Positions 11,819-25,519 of a DNA stretch of 64,000 nucleotides are shown here, one piece after another. Both the position numbers and the translations under genes were made by a program. The stretch is taken from the NCBI GenBank assembly GCA_951406725.2, contig OX597833.1, forward strand, positions 73,222,001-73,286,000, in the 5' to 3' direction. The notes beneath the pieces were generated by a model. That model worked only from the letters and a program-made list of their open reading frames with translations. It did no database searches and had not been told where the DNA came from. Position 1 is the stretch's first letter. Every line of letters begins with the position of its first letter. Source of the DNA: Octopus vulgaris (taxonomy: Eukaryota).

Positions 11819-13846
11819 TCATAACTTGAAGCTCAAGGTTGACACCTCATTACCATTATTTATTTTATCTCTTTCCAGTGCCATCCTACTCACTCATCCC
11901 CTTTCTTCTAAAATGTGGGGAGCCATGTAACACCTCTACAGCAAAAATCTCATTTTGCTCTGGGCCCTTCCCTAATATTTCATCTCCTTGTATAAAGCCA
12001 TTCCCACAGAGTTTGTAGTATTGCAGGTTGCGTAGTGATCTCACTTCTGCTAGAGGTATGAAAAGAGTATCCCGCTCACGCTATGAAGTGGTTGGCATTA
12101 GGAAAACCATCTGGTCATAGAAACTACAGCAGCAAGACAAGCACTGGGATACGATGCAGTCCTTGGATCCATTGTATCCTGTCAAATTGTCCAACCCATT
12201 CTCAGCATGGAACATTAAATAGTGATGATGATGATGACTTATAACTACACACACACACACAGTTATGCATGTCATCATTAACGTGCATATATAAGCTTGT
12301 GTGTTTATGCTAACAATGCACCAATGCAGCTGCAGAGTTGCATAACTTGAGTTTGTCTATAATATTTGAGTAAAAGCTGGAGGTGTTTTTGTTTAATTTT
12401 TCTTCTTTCCTTTTTGGTGTTTGCGACAAAAATGGGAAGAACTCCATAACTGTTTGGTGTCTGTTACTGGTTCACAAATAGTTGACTGTAGTGGTGGTGG
12501 TAAGATGGGGTAAATCACCATTGCTGTTCTGTATTTCACATAGTGTTGGATTTTTCCCTTTGTCATAATATTTCTGTTGCAATGCAATGTCTTTGTTGTG
12601 GTGGGATGGTCATTGATGGCATGGTTAGAAATCATATTACTTTTCAAAATAATGAAAAATAAGTAAAATGCCTTTGTTATTTCAAAGCTGCTTGTTTGAA
12701 TCACTGAGTAACACGAGGGGCCGACTCTGGTGAGTTAGTTATTAAAAGAGTTAAGATCATTAATATCATAACTAAGAATTACATGACCTTTTAAAGATCA
12801 GCTTTTAGTGGTTTGATTTTGATTTGGTGGAATTTATGTGATGGTAGGTGTCTTATTATCAAACAGCATAATTCATCTCAGCTCTCCAATAATGGCACAT
12901 TCAGTGTCGTTCTTTTCACAGTCTGCCACTAAACATTTGTGACTGTCAGTCCCTAAATGCCTATGTCCATCTGGGGATGTTTTGTCATTGATGTTGAGTG
13001 GAATTGTGTTGGTGGAGGAGAGGAGTTCTGGCTGATGAAGGTGGGGGGGGGTTGTGATTTTGCTTTGTTTGAATGATGTTGGTGTGATGTGTTATACTGT
13101 TTGTGTGTTGTGTGTGTGTGTAATGTGCAGCATTGTGTGTTCTTTACCTTTTCTTTTCGGATTGATGAAGTAAATTGCTAGTCAAATCCTGGGGTTGATG
13201 TAATTGACTAACCCCCCGCCCTGCCCCACTTCCCCATGTAAAACTGCTGGCCTTGTGTCAAAATTTGAAACAATTCTTATTAATGCATTATTTCACATCA
13301 TTTGAAATTTCAGAGGGAAGGTTTTGATATTCTGGGGTGGGACGACTGGCCAAATACTTGAAAACTAACAAGCAGCAAAGCAGAGCTGCTAGAATCTCAT
13401 TGCAGTAAATTTGGAAACCCTGCTCTGGTTGGCATTTGTAATTTTTTTCTTTTTATATTTACTGTGAGGATGGCATCAACATTGTGACTACATTTTCTTC
13501 TATCCATTTCTCTCTTTTTGTCAGTAAATTCCCATTGATGGATACACATGATAATGAAAGGCCTAGAATTTTCCTTCCGTTTGTGTTAGAAAAAGTACTG
13601 ACCTTCAATTAATCCCCTTTTACTGTCACCTGCATTTTTATTATTGTCATTTGTTTAACAGGGAAATTTACTTAGAATGTGTAATTTATTGTTGTTCTGT
13701 TTTTAATCCTAACCCTAATTTATAGTACCTGCGTAACATGTAATTTTATAAAACTATTTTCACAGTCAGTCAACCCTCAGCTTTAGCATCCATTTGCATC
13801 AGTGGTGCTATGTGTTAGTTAATACCTGTTTTTTCTCTTTTTACAG

Positions 13847-13874
13847 TGAATGGATGAATGCCATTGTCAGTGTG
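13847..13874 (+). CDS. PLEKHB/evectin-like protein, 28-nt micro-exon (PH C-terminal helix)
   Basis: TTTTTACAG acceptor, GTAAGT donor. Completes AA|T=N, then EWMNAIVSV, which contains the invariant PH Trp ('W..AI'). Phase 2 in, phase 0 out, matching both neighbours. Confidence 0.85.
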
Positions 13875-14434
13875 GTAAGTATTACTTTTTGCCTCTTTTG
13901 TGTGTGTGAAGCTATGTTGTATGAGCACCCAGTTCTGGGTGCACACTTACCTCCAGCAGAAACCACTATAACAGGAGTTACACAATCATTCATGATTATA
14001 TAACTTCTGTTCATTTATTATCATCCAAACGTGGCCAATACCAGCACCGCCTTGACTGGCTTCTATGCCGGTGGCACGTAAAAAGAACCAACCAATTGTG
14101 GCCGTTGCCAACCTCCTCTGGCCCCTGTGCCGGTGGCATGTAAAAAGCACCCACTACACTCATGGAGTGGTTGGTGTTAGGAAGGGCATCCAACTGTAGA
14201 AACACTGCCAGATCAGACTGAAGCCCAGTGCAGCCACCTGGCTTCCCAGACCCCGGTCGAACTGTCCAACCCATGCTAGCATGGAAAACATTAAACGATG
14301 ATGACAATGATGATGATGACTCTCTGTACTGATTCAATCATTTACTGTAATGTATAAGTGTATTGAGTTCTAACAACTGGTTATTAGTAGTGGCACGATA
14401 TATTTAAATGGAATTGTAAAATACATGCTTGCAT

Positions 14435-14475
<41 letters not shown>

Positions 14476-15835
14476 GGATGATGGTTGTGATATGGTGATT
14501 GGTTGTTGTTGGAAGGTCATCCAGCCCAAAAACAAACAATGATACCAGAGACACCGGGAAACCAGTCCAGTACATATCAGCATAAATAAAAGATCTAAAA
14601 TTATAATCCTTTATCCACAGAGTAGTTGTAAACAGATTGCTGAGGTAGCAATGTGAATTAAATACAAAACTGCAGATGAGTGAGTCTTTTGATTACATTT
14701 AGAAGCACGGACATGTTTTCATGGTGGACTGCAGCAAGTGTAGCCATTGTTTACAATCAGTAAATGGAAATGTGTAAATGAGGAAATATGAACTCACTCT
14801 CACATAGACACACATACATATGTATATATGTTCTGGGCTTCTCTCAGTTTCCACCTACAAAATCCACTTGCAAAGCTTTGGTTAACCTGGGGCTGTAGTA
14901 GAAAACATTTGCTCAAGATGTTGTGCAATGGGACTGAATCCCAAACCTCACAGTTTGGAAGCAAATTTCGTAACCTCCCAAGACCTGAATGTTAGAAATA
15001 GCAGTGGATATTTATTCTATTGTCTTCTTCTTACCACAAGACCAGATAATGCAACTTTTGATCCAGCAGAGAAGACTGGCAAATATTTGGATACAGAACT
15101 GAGGTGTGAGTACATGTATACAAGCACACACACATGCATATATACAAACATATAAACATGCATATATGAACTATTTTCTCTTTCCAATAATCTTCAAAGA
15201 ATGTTGAATTTAGCTTATTGTATTTTATATTATTTCTTTGAATGATGCTGAGCTGACAATTCCAAAGGAAATGAAATAGCACTGTTCAGGCTACCAACGA
15301 CTACTTTAGGAACTTTACCAACTTTAGGAAGCTTGTGTAGAAAGAAAGAAAGAAAAGAAAATTTATATCTATGCTTTTCACTCTGATGTCAATTCCTCAG
15401 CCTCTCGTTTCACAAAACAGATTCTCTCCCTTCAATAATAAAATCACTGGAAGCCAAGCGTGTTCAATGTGTGTGTGTGTGTGTGTGTGTGGTAGGAAGT
15501 TTGCTTCCCAACCACTTGCATTTGAATTCAGTCCCACTGTGTGGCACCTTGGGCAAGTGTCTTTTACTATAGCCCCAGGCCAACAAAAGCCTTGCATATG
15601 GATTTGGTAGATAGAAATTGAAAGAAACCTTTCAACTGTTGTGTGTATGTATGTATATATATACATACACACACACACACACACATATATATATTGGGTA
15701 TGCCTCACCCTACATCGTTAATTGGTTCCAGGAGACACAACTTAATCTGAAAAACGACTTGAGTTGAATTAACTTGTCTCTAGGCTAGGCTGAATTTACT
15801 TGTCGGCTAAACTGATAATAACCATTCCCAGTTCT

Positions 15836-16315
15836 ATATTTAAGAGATGAGGAATTATGTACATTATTTACATTTGACAGATATTTGTCCTCCTCTTGTT
15901 GTTAACACAATGTTTCAGCTGATCTACCCTCCAGCCTTCATCAGGTGTCTTGGGGAAATTTTGAACCTAGGTTCTCATTCCTAAGGTATTTTTCGATGTT
16001 ATTATTATTATTCAGGTCACTGCCTGGAATCAAACTCAAAATCTTGGGGTTAGTGGCTCACGCTCTTAACCACTATGCCATGGGCATATGGCGTAGGTGG
16101 TTAAGAGCGCGGGCTACTAATCCCAAGATTCTGAGTTTGATTCCAGGCAGTGACTTGAATAATAATAATGATAACATCGAAAAATACTTTAGGAATGATA
16201 ACCTAGGTTCAAAATTCCCCCAAGACACCTGATGAAGGCTGGAGAGTATATCAGCTGAAACGTTGTGTTAATAACAAACAAGATGAAGACAAATATCCGT
16301 CAAATATAAATAATG
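15836..16315. mobile_element. Palindromic tRNA-head + hammerhead-bearing retroelement with 12-bp TSD
   Basis: Inverted arms ~15861-16081 and ~16088-16315. tRNA-like head (A box TGGCGTAG(G)TGG, B box GAGTTTGATTCC) at the centre. ATTCCCAGTTCT is repeated at 15824-15835 and 16316-16327. Confidence 0.8.
16224..16269 (+). ncRNA. Minimal hammerhead ribozyme-like motif (Penelope type)
   Basis: GACAC-CTGATGA-A-GGCTGG..TCAGCT-GAAAC-GTT-GTGTT. Stem I GACAC/GTGTT; palindromic AACGTT in place of stem III. Confidence 0.55.
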
Positions 16316-18577
16316 ATTCCCAGTTCTGTACTTTATTTACAAATGCACTTTCAATAATACATGGTTAATAAAAACCTATTTTAAGCTTACAAACAAATAA
16401 CTTTTAGTTTTTAATACAGAATTTTAAAAAAAAGTCATCTAAATTTATGAATAGAATTTGGCAGTGTTTACCATACATTGCAGACACTTTATTTGTGAAT
16501 ATGTTTGCAATAAGTTATGATGAAATATGAACTACAAAAGACGGATAAAAAAGACAACACATTTCAGGATTTTGTTCCCTAAGCTACACTACTTTATGCT
16601 GAATATCTGAACATTTTCTGTACATATTTTAATGTGATTTTACATGCTTTTATTCTTTTTTATTGTGCAATAACATGATTTTATGTGCTTTTAACTGTTT
16701 TTTAGTGATTTTATGATTCTAATATTTGTGGCAGACAGACACAAAGTGGAGTAAAATGACTTCACTTGATTTTTATTTATCCAGATATTATTTTCAGAAT
16801 GACTTAAATTGAAATGGCTTGAGCTGAGGTTTGCCTGTATATACATAAATATATAGAAAATAAAGTTATTTTATTTCACATGGGTAGAAATATAGGAAAA
16901 ATATAAGTTAAAAATGCACTGGGAATGGTTAAAATATTTTTTTCTATTATATTTTAAGATTTAACCAGTTTCATGATTTACACTGATTTTCCAAAAACTG
17001 AAGTAGAAAGATGGGCAAGTGTCTTGCTTCTGACTAGAGTTTGAAACTAGTTTTTGTAGGGAGTTCATGGCTCAAATCTGTACATGTTTTAAATAGAGTT
17101 TGTCTGGTAGAGGATAGTCTCATGATTGGTCTTAGAAATTTTTGTAGGTTCCCTGCTACGTCCGTGTATTAGTATCAAGTGACATTGTTTGGTGTCGTAA
17201 GTTAAAACTGACATGGTTGATTGAACAAGTCTAGTGGCAGTAGCAAACAATCAGTGCTCTGAATGTTTTCTGTCAAGTGTCTGTAGAGAATGAACGTGTA
17301 ATTAAGCCTGGAACCTTCTTTACATTTTGCACTATGACCATGCCTTAGGGTCACGTGGCAGTATAGTTTGTGCCTCAAATGAAGGCTGACACAAAGTTGA
17401 GTGAGCATGTTTAGTTGGAATCAAGGCACTCCAAATTTAACCTGTCTGGTGGGAGAGTGGACAGGAGTTGTTTGTATGGCGTCCAGTGACTAAAGTTTAG
17501 GTTGTTAGCTGTGCAGTTTCTTCATGTTAAGCGGCACAATGAGTTCTGTTGAAGTTATTATTTTCGTATGAAAGTATTGTCTTTGTTTATCCATGCTTCA
17601 TCTGTGGTATTCACTGAACATAGGTAGAGTGGGAAGACTTGGAATTTGGGAGGCTTATTTTTTGGAGTTCAGTCAACCATGTCAGCATTAACTTAGGACA
17701 CTAAACATCATCACTTGATACTAACACACAGACGTAGTGAGGAGCCTACAAAATTTTTGAAGACCAGTCATGTGACTATCCTCTACCAATCAAACCCTAT
17801 TCAAAACATATAATGATTTGAGCCCTGAACTCCCTATAAAAATTGGGCAAACTTCAAACACTAGTCAGAAGCAAGACAGCTGCATCATAAGAAACGTCTT
17901 TTTATTTCAATTTTTTTGAAAATTAGTGTAATCTGTGAAACCAGTTAAATCTTTAGATATAATGATAAACATTTTTAACCATTCTCAGTGCATTTTCAAC
18001 TTCTATTGTTCCTATATATATATTGTGACCTGACTTTTCTTCCGATGTGTTTTTGTCTGATGTTTTTTTTGTCCAACGACTTTTTATCCAATTTTAAATA
18101 AGCTCTTTAGAAAATAAGGTGAACATCAAAATCAAATAATCTTTCAGAATATTATTGATAGGATTTGTTGTTGTGTTTGTTTCCCAATCCTGCTTGACAA
18201 CCAGTGTTGGTTTGTTTGCATTGCCATTCCTTTGTCGTTCAGTAAAAGAGATTGATAGAATGAGTAACAGGTTTCAAATGTCCTGGGGTCTACTCCTTTG
18301 ACTAAAACCCTTCAAGCTGGTGCTGCAGTCTAATCACTGAAACAAGCTAAAGATAAAAGATGTCTGTCTGTCTGTCTATTAATAAATAAATAAATAAACG
18401 GTTGAAGGCTTGAAATAGGGAAGTGAGAATCAACCCGTGAAGAGTTTGGGTGGGAGTAGACTAAAAAGTGAGGAGAATGAGTTGATGAAGAGGAATGTGT
18501 GGGGAAATTAAGAGGGTGGAGGGACGTTTGGTGGGGAGAGTGAATTTATTAATTCAGTGAGTTTTGTAATGTTTCAG

Positions 18578-18692
18578 CTCCCTCCAGCCCCTCGCAAATC
18601 CCAGCAGCCAAGGGCGGCAGCTGTCTCAGCCCCGTATCCAACTGTGCAGGCAACCCAAGCTGGTACTGTAATGGCAGGAGCTGGATATGCAG
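18578..18692 (+). CDS. PLEKHB/evectin-like protein, exon (Pro/Ala-rich linker)
   Basis: TTTCAG acceptor, GTAAGG donor. LPPAPRKSQQPRAAAVSAPYPTVQATQAGTVMAGAGYA; 115 nt converts phase 0 to phase 1 as required. Confidence 0.8.
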
Positions 18693-19409
18693 GTAAGGTC
18701 ACTTATGAGTGAGAGTAGTGTGAGTGATGGTATGGATGTGAATGATTTTGTGAGTGAGTGTGTGTATGAGAGTGTGAAGTGTGAGTGAAGCTGTGCTCTC
18801 CCCATACAAAACAAAATTTTACTCGATTTGAGTTACTCCAGGCAGCAATCACTAAAAAACATAAAAGGAATGACTGATCTTGATTGATGGGACAACTTTG
18901 AAACATTGTAACCTTTAGTATTGCCCAAACGACCTTAATGTCAAATTCAGAATTCATCCAAAACTGGGATTTCATGCTATAAGCCCACCTACTACCCAAT
19001 TACTTTTCCTCAACAGGCCCTGCTCTATTTAACATTGTCTCAAAACAAATCAAAGAAGAAGGAGATCCTATTCCACTTCAAGCAATATCTTAACAAATTT
19101 CTTCATGTGATATGAGACAATCCATCTCTACTTGGCTACAGTCATCAGCTCCTTATTTGAATGGGCCATGGTGCCACACTTAATAGATTCTATCAAGTGC
19201 TGCTATTAAGATAGGTAAGGCCTGGGCCAATTTTTAGGCAAAACTTATCTAAATTCAAATGGTGGTATGTTGTCAACTTAATGTGACAGTCCCAAGAAAG
19301 GGAAGAATACTACTGCTATTTAGCCCTAGGAAGCACCACTTCCTGTCGGCCTTGACACATCTAAATTCATCTAAGTTTAAACACACCTGTGCACACACAC
19401 ATACAGATC

Positions 19410-19803
<394 letters not shown>

Positions 19804-20024
19804 TCATCATCATTGTTTAACATCTGTTTTCCATACTGAGAGCTGGCAAGCTGGGAGGCTGCATCAACCTCCAATCTGATTTGGCAAGATTTTTACAGCT
19901 GGAAGCCCTTCCTAATGCCAACCACTCCAAGAGTGTAGTGGGTGCTTTTTACGTGCCAGTCAGGCAGCACTGGCATCAGCCACAACTACAATCACTCGGT
20001 TCAACAGGTCTTCACAAGCACAGC

Positions 20025-20060
<36 letters not shown>

Positions 20061-20304
20061 AGATGTACCTACATATCTATCTATCTATCTATCTATCTGT
20101 GTGTGTGTGTGTGTACATATATATACATCAATATACATAACTGTGTGTGTATGTGTGTATATACACACAGACAAACTCATGACATGTTACCCAGTATGCT
20201 ACCCTGCTTCTGAACATTGAATGTAAGTGAATTTGTTATTTATTTCTGTGTTCTTTTTTTAAAAAAAATTGATTGTTTACTCTTGATGTATTTTCTTGTT
20301 TTAG

Positions 20305-20493
20305 TGCCATCTGCACCCCCTGCAAATGCACCCCATCCTTATTCTACTCATGCACCCAGATACCCACAACAGGCACCTTATCCACAACAGGCAAGTTACC
20401 CTCAACAACCTGGTTATCCTCAGCAAGCTGCCTACCCCGGTTATCCTCAGCAAGCTGCCTACCCACAACAAGCGTATTACCCTCAGCAACCAG
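20305..20493 (+). CDS. PLEKHB/evectin-like protein, exon (YPQQ repeats)
   Basis: TTTTAG acceptor, GTAAGT donor. VPSAPPANAPHPYSTHAPRYPQQAPYPQQASYPQQPGYPQQAAYPGYPQQAAYPQQAYYPQQP; 189 nt, phase 1-1. Confidence 0.9.
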
Positions 20494-22899
20494 GTAAGTA
20501 TTTATGCTCCTGTCTTTTTGAAGGTTTTCATTTGAAAAAGAAATCTATGAAATTGTCCTTGTCCTCAATTAACCCCATAGACACTCCATAAGCAGTCTCT
20601 AATGGTTGTTTAACTTGCTCAAAATAGCAGCCTAAATTCATTCAAATCACACTCTTCCATCGTAAACAAAGGAGGCATGCAGTGGCTCTTGACTCAATTT
20701 GTTAAGATTGATATAAAAGCAACTTAACTGGACAGTTATGGCAACAATGATTCTGATCTTAGTCCTTCATTACCCAGGGTTGAGTTGAGACTAAACAGCA
20801 ACAACATAGCACTTTACAATGAATCAACAAGCGACCCTGTATATGGGTGCTTGATTTCCAAGAAATAGGAATCAAATCTGCCTCAATTCCTACTTTTCCA
20901 TTTTCAGAAAATGAGCAACTCTTTGTTATAATGTGCTTCTAAATATTCTGTGTCTGACTGAATGATCTGGTGTTCAGGAACGGCAACAAGGACAGCCCTG
21001 TAGCAGCTAAACAGATTGGAAAGTATTAAAACTTTGGCAGCACCAAGATATATTTTGGTTGTATTTTTTAATCCTTCACCAAAGTCTGAGGAAATATTTA
21101 CTGCCAGGACAAATAACTAGAAATAATATTGTATTCACCCAGTGAAGATATGGCTGCAGCTTTATACCCACAACTTTTGACCCTAATCTTTCATCTCCCT
21201 ATCATTTATCCCTCCATCACTCTCCTATGTACTGTATTGTTCTTCTGCTGTAAATAAGGAAAGCAGAACCCATTGCCACATCACATATTCTCATCTCTTT
21301 CCTGCCAGTCACCATTCGCTTTCCTTTCTGCATCCATCCCTCTTACCCCACTCGAAATTACAATCACTGCCCTTATTCACCTTTTCTTTTCACTACATTC
21401 ATTCTCTCTATTTATGGAAGTGACCATTTCCACCTTCCATTTCTCATTCACTTCCCAAACTCCCTGGTTCTTCTTGAATATGTTACTTTGATAGTGGGTT
21501 CTGGAACCTCACCACCATATTTACTTCTTCTATTGGGGGTACCATTTCATCCTACCTCATCCACCCATTTGAGGTAGTCATGAATCTCCTTCACAACAAT
21601 AAACCTGTTCCTTCTCCTGCCAGCATACTTTTACCTCTCAACACCTTGTTTAAAACAACCACTCTATCTCCCCCACCCCCCACCCAGTCAAAGGAGTTTT
21701 ACAAATTACAAAATAACCTCACTGGTGCTGGTGCCATGGAATAACTCCTCAGTACATTCTGTAAAGTGGTTGGCATTAGGAAGGATGGCTAGCCATAGAA
21801 ACCATGTCAAAAGTGGGCCACATGGTCCCTGACATGCTTCATGCTGTTCAAGTGTCCAACTAATGGAAAGAGGATGTAAAAAAGATGATGATGATTGTTT
21901 AACATCTGTGTTTCATGCTGGCTTCAGTTGGATGGTTCGATAGGGTCCAGTGTGTCCAAGGACTGGATTAAGCTCCAGTGTCTGCTTTGGCAGGGTCTCT
22001 AGCACTGGATATTCTTCTTGATGCCAGCCATTTTACAGTGTGGACTGTATACTTTTTTCATGCCAGCTGCACTACTGCAGTTGCTATGCAGGACTACAAA
22101 CCCTGGGGTGGGGTCAGCTTTATTATTATTCTAAGGGATGAAGGCATTACTATGAGAAGTGTACGTGTGGCGGGACAGAGCAGGTTACCCATATCTTGTT
22201 GGGAAAAGGGTGGGGGGGAGAAAGAGAAATGATCATTAGGAGCTGCAAGAGTCCCATAAGGCACAAGTGGAGTAGAAGTGGGTGGTTGGTTTGTAGGATT
22301 GTATGGGAAGGAGAGGATAGGGGGCAGACTACAAAATTGGGTTGGGCTGAAGGGTGGATGAACAAAAACAGTGTGTAGGGGAAGATAAAGGCATGTAGAA
22401 AATAGGGTGTGGAGTGGAGGGTAAGCAGCATAAGTAGAAGATGATACGATTGCTAGTGGGGACAGACAGGAGATGACATTGTACAGTTGTCTGCAGGAGC
22501 CAATAGTGAAGAAGAGGCAGGCATAATGCATAAGAGATGGTGAGAGTCATTGTAAGATGGGTGGAGGGTATGAAACCTAGCAGCCCTTCCTGGACTCAGT
22601 TTCACTGAAGAAGACAAGTCTTTTCAAGAACCTTATCTAAACAGAGATCCTGGTCCTTAGTCAACTCTTCATTCTGGGGTCACCTTCATTACTTCTTCCC
22701 ATGTCTTTCTTATTCTTCTCTAGTTAAGTGAATAATTGCTCAATATGCTAGAAATAGCAACTAAAACCCCTTCAAACTACATCCATCTTAACAACAAACA
22801 TAGCACCAACCTTTACCAATCAGAAGCAATTGTTGCTGTTTTCTTTTTCTTTCATTTTTTATTTTCTTTCTTTCTTAACTGAATCCTCCTCCGTTTCAG

Positions 22900-22959
22900 G
22901 TTACCCTCAACCTTATGGTTATCCTCAGCAGGCTACTAATGCCTACCCACCAAATGCAG
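22900..22959 (+). CDS. PLEKHB/evectin-like protein, exon
   Basis: TTTCAG acceptor, GTGAGA donor. GYPQPYGYPQQATNAYPPNA; 60 nt, phase 1-1. Confidence 0.85.
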
Positions 22960-24051
22960 GTGAGACATGAATGCAACACATCCACCCATCTTCACTAACC
23001 AACATTACTTTCTTTCTTTTTCCCTTCCCAGTTTTCCTCTTTTTTTACAATTGTTCTCCCATCTTACCACCTGACCCTTTTTCTCTTTGTTTTTTTTTTT
23101 CTCTATCCCTTAGATCTTTTCTGATTACTAACCTTGCAGACTCTTTTCTACTTGTGACTCTCGCCTGCTGTTAAAAAACAAAAAAAGGGTCTTCACCTGT
23201 TTGCTTCTCACTGACATAAGAATTTCTTCATTCATTTTTTTTATCCTTTTCTCTTTTTTCACTGACTTTCTACCATTTCTTAAACGACTTCCTTTCATTC
23301 CTTAAAAGTTAACAATTTTTATGCCATTGTTTCCATTTGCAACAAGTAATACAGTTTTCTTTTTTCACTTGCGTATTTTTCATGCTAGCATGAGCATGTT
23401 TTTTCTTTTCTTTGTTTAGGGGCCATTTTAGGGCTTAGTCTTGCTTGCATGTTACAAGGTAATCATCACTAGTGCTGATGCCATAGAATAATAATAAAAA
23501 AAAACTGTGTGAAGTGGTTGGCCTTAGGAATGGCATCCAGCCATAACAACCTTACCAAAGCTGATACTGGAATATGGTGCAGTCCTTTGACTTTCCAGAT
23601 CCTCTGTAACTGTCCAACCCCTGCCAGCATGGAAGCTTGATATTAATCAATGATGATGATTATTTTCTTTTTTAACTGATGAATACACTTCCTTTTACTA
23701 ACCACTCAATTCCAGTGAGAGAGTTTCTCTTCCTTGCTGTGTTGCTCTGAACGTTTCTCTTTTTGTATTTCTCCTAAGAATCTCTATCACCTCTTTTGTC
23801 TAAAGAAAATCTTCTCTGAGAAATGGCAAAAATGGTGAAGAGTTTGACAATTACCTTTCACTGTTTTCTTTCTTCACTCTGTTCATATTCTGTGATTGTC
23901 TTTGCAATCCATTCCTCTGAGGGAGTGGAGGCTGTCAAGGAAATTAGTAACAGTTATACACTGAGATCGAGTCTACTTCTCCTCTACAGACTTGGCATCT
24001 TTTTAAAGTGTAAGAAATCAAAGAAAAGATTATCTTCTATTAATTATTGTA

Positions 24052-25500
24052 CCAGCTGAATTACCCGGAAAAGCGGGGAGGGGGTATTTTTCAGTTCCCA
24101 TTCTCATTCCACTGTTTCATGTCCTGTCCCATTCCTTGTTCAGTTGCCGTTTAAATCAGAAATAGATTTACAAATTCACGCTGACGTGGGATAGATCTAC
24201 AAATAGTGGCAAGTAACACAGTTGAATATCATAAAACTGATTGATTGTAATGGTAAGGTAATATCATCCAAGTTGGCTTGGTGGATGGTTGGACGGATGA
24301 GACGATTGACCATGGGCAACTATGAAACGATTGATGGTTGATTATTATCAATTTTGCAGAGCCTCTTGATATACTACAAATTTGGTCTTGCACTCTGGAG
24401 CATAAATAAACAAATGATTAGGATTGCCGACTCTTGGCATCATATTCTTGATTGTAAGTTGTGTGCCATTGCAAAGTTTAAGTGAGTCTGCGTTTCTTAA
24501 AAGCATCACTGGTGTGCCGGTCTTGAGGTGCAAGTTGTGAGGTGGGAGGCTTGCCGATGCCAGGCTATTCAAACCTTCAGCCAGCTCAACCCACCCTGGA
24601 TGGATGCTCTCTCAAGACAAGACAAAACTTCAGTGGGATGGTTCAAAACTTCCTGGGAGTTGAGCACAGAGTCAATTGATTTGTAACTGCAGTGTTCACC
24701 AAGCAGCTGATCCAGGAGTTGAGGTTCAAATCTTCCACTGCCACATTCTTTGGCATTGAGATGGCACATGTTCCCACCCCAGATTTGGAAACATTGTAGC
24801 CATTAGTTCTTGATATCTGATACAATGTGTCCAAAAGGCAAACTAACCTGACCACCCTGTTCACCAACCAGAGGGCCGTTACCAACGTCCAGTAACTTCC
24901 TCATCACCACTGAACTGCACTGTGCTCCTTTCCTCAGAAAAGGAAAAATTTGGCTGCTATTTCCAGCATGCCCTGCTACCACAAAACAGCTATTTGTGAT
25001 AAAGGACCCACCATTATCACAAATAGCTATTACATGGTAGCAGAGTGTGCTAGAAATAGCAGTCATCACTTTTCCTTTTCTGAGGAAAGGAACCATTTCC
25101 ATGTGATTTTGATGCCAATACGATAGTTAATTCATTAAAGCGTGTGTGTTAAATGATAGGTAAAAATTCAAGAAGCAAAGTATTAAGATTTGCTCTCCCC
25201 TTCACTAAACACATTCTCTCTCTCTCCCCTCACTAAACTTCTCTCTCTCTCTCTCTCATTCTTTCAGTCTCCTCCTCTTTGCTGATATCAGCCAACCCTC
25301 ATTATGCCACCACATTTCCCTCAACAGGCTCTTCACCTAACACTTTTTGCACCCTTTTCATTTTATCATATAATAGCACCCCACCACCTCTGTAGGGGGC
25401 CCGTTATCGATTTTTATTGAAATCCAATTACCCGATAATTGAACTGGATATTAGGTCAACATGTCTGCAAATTTTGAAGATTGGTTCACTAATAATATAA
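24052..25500 (-). mobile_element. Non-autonomous/decayed Helitron with PIF1-like helicase fragments
   Basis: Fragments KLLDVGNG, PKNVAVEDLN, LPPHNLHLKTGTPVMLLRN...LCNGTQL, TKFVVYQEAL. 3' end on the - strand: hairpin CCCG-CTTTTC-CGGG, then CTGG|T at 24052. The 5' boundary is approximate. Confidence 0.8.
24926..25091. mobile_element. Hairpin (MITE-like) insertion inside the Helitron
   Basis: TCCTTTCCTCAGAAAAGGAAAA..GCTGCTATTTCCAGCA..AGCTATTTGTGATAA / TTATCACAAATAGCT..TGCTAGAAATAGCAGT..TTTTCCTTTTCTGAGGAAAGGA. The GCTAGAAATAGCAGC motif recurs elsewhere (e.g. ~22748, ~30758). Confidence 0.75.
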
Positions 25501-25519
25501 TGAAATTATTGTATACAGT

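Noticed and set aside
9938-11829. 628-aa and 613-aa ORFs
   Set aside because: Stop-free translations of the 40-bp minisatellite inside an intron; not genes.
16082-16155. Functional tRNA gene
   Set aside because: Acceptor and anticodon stems pair poorly and it is part of a TSD-flanked repeat; treated as a SINE-type head.
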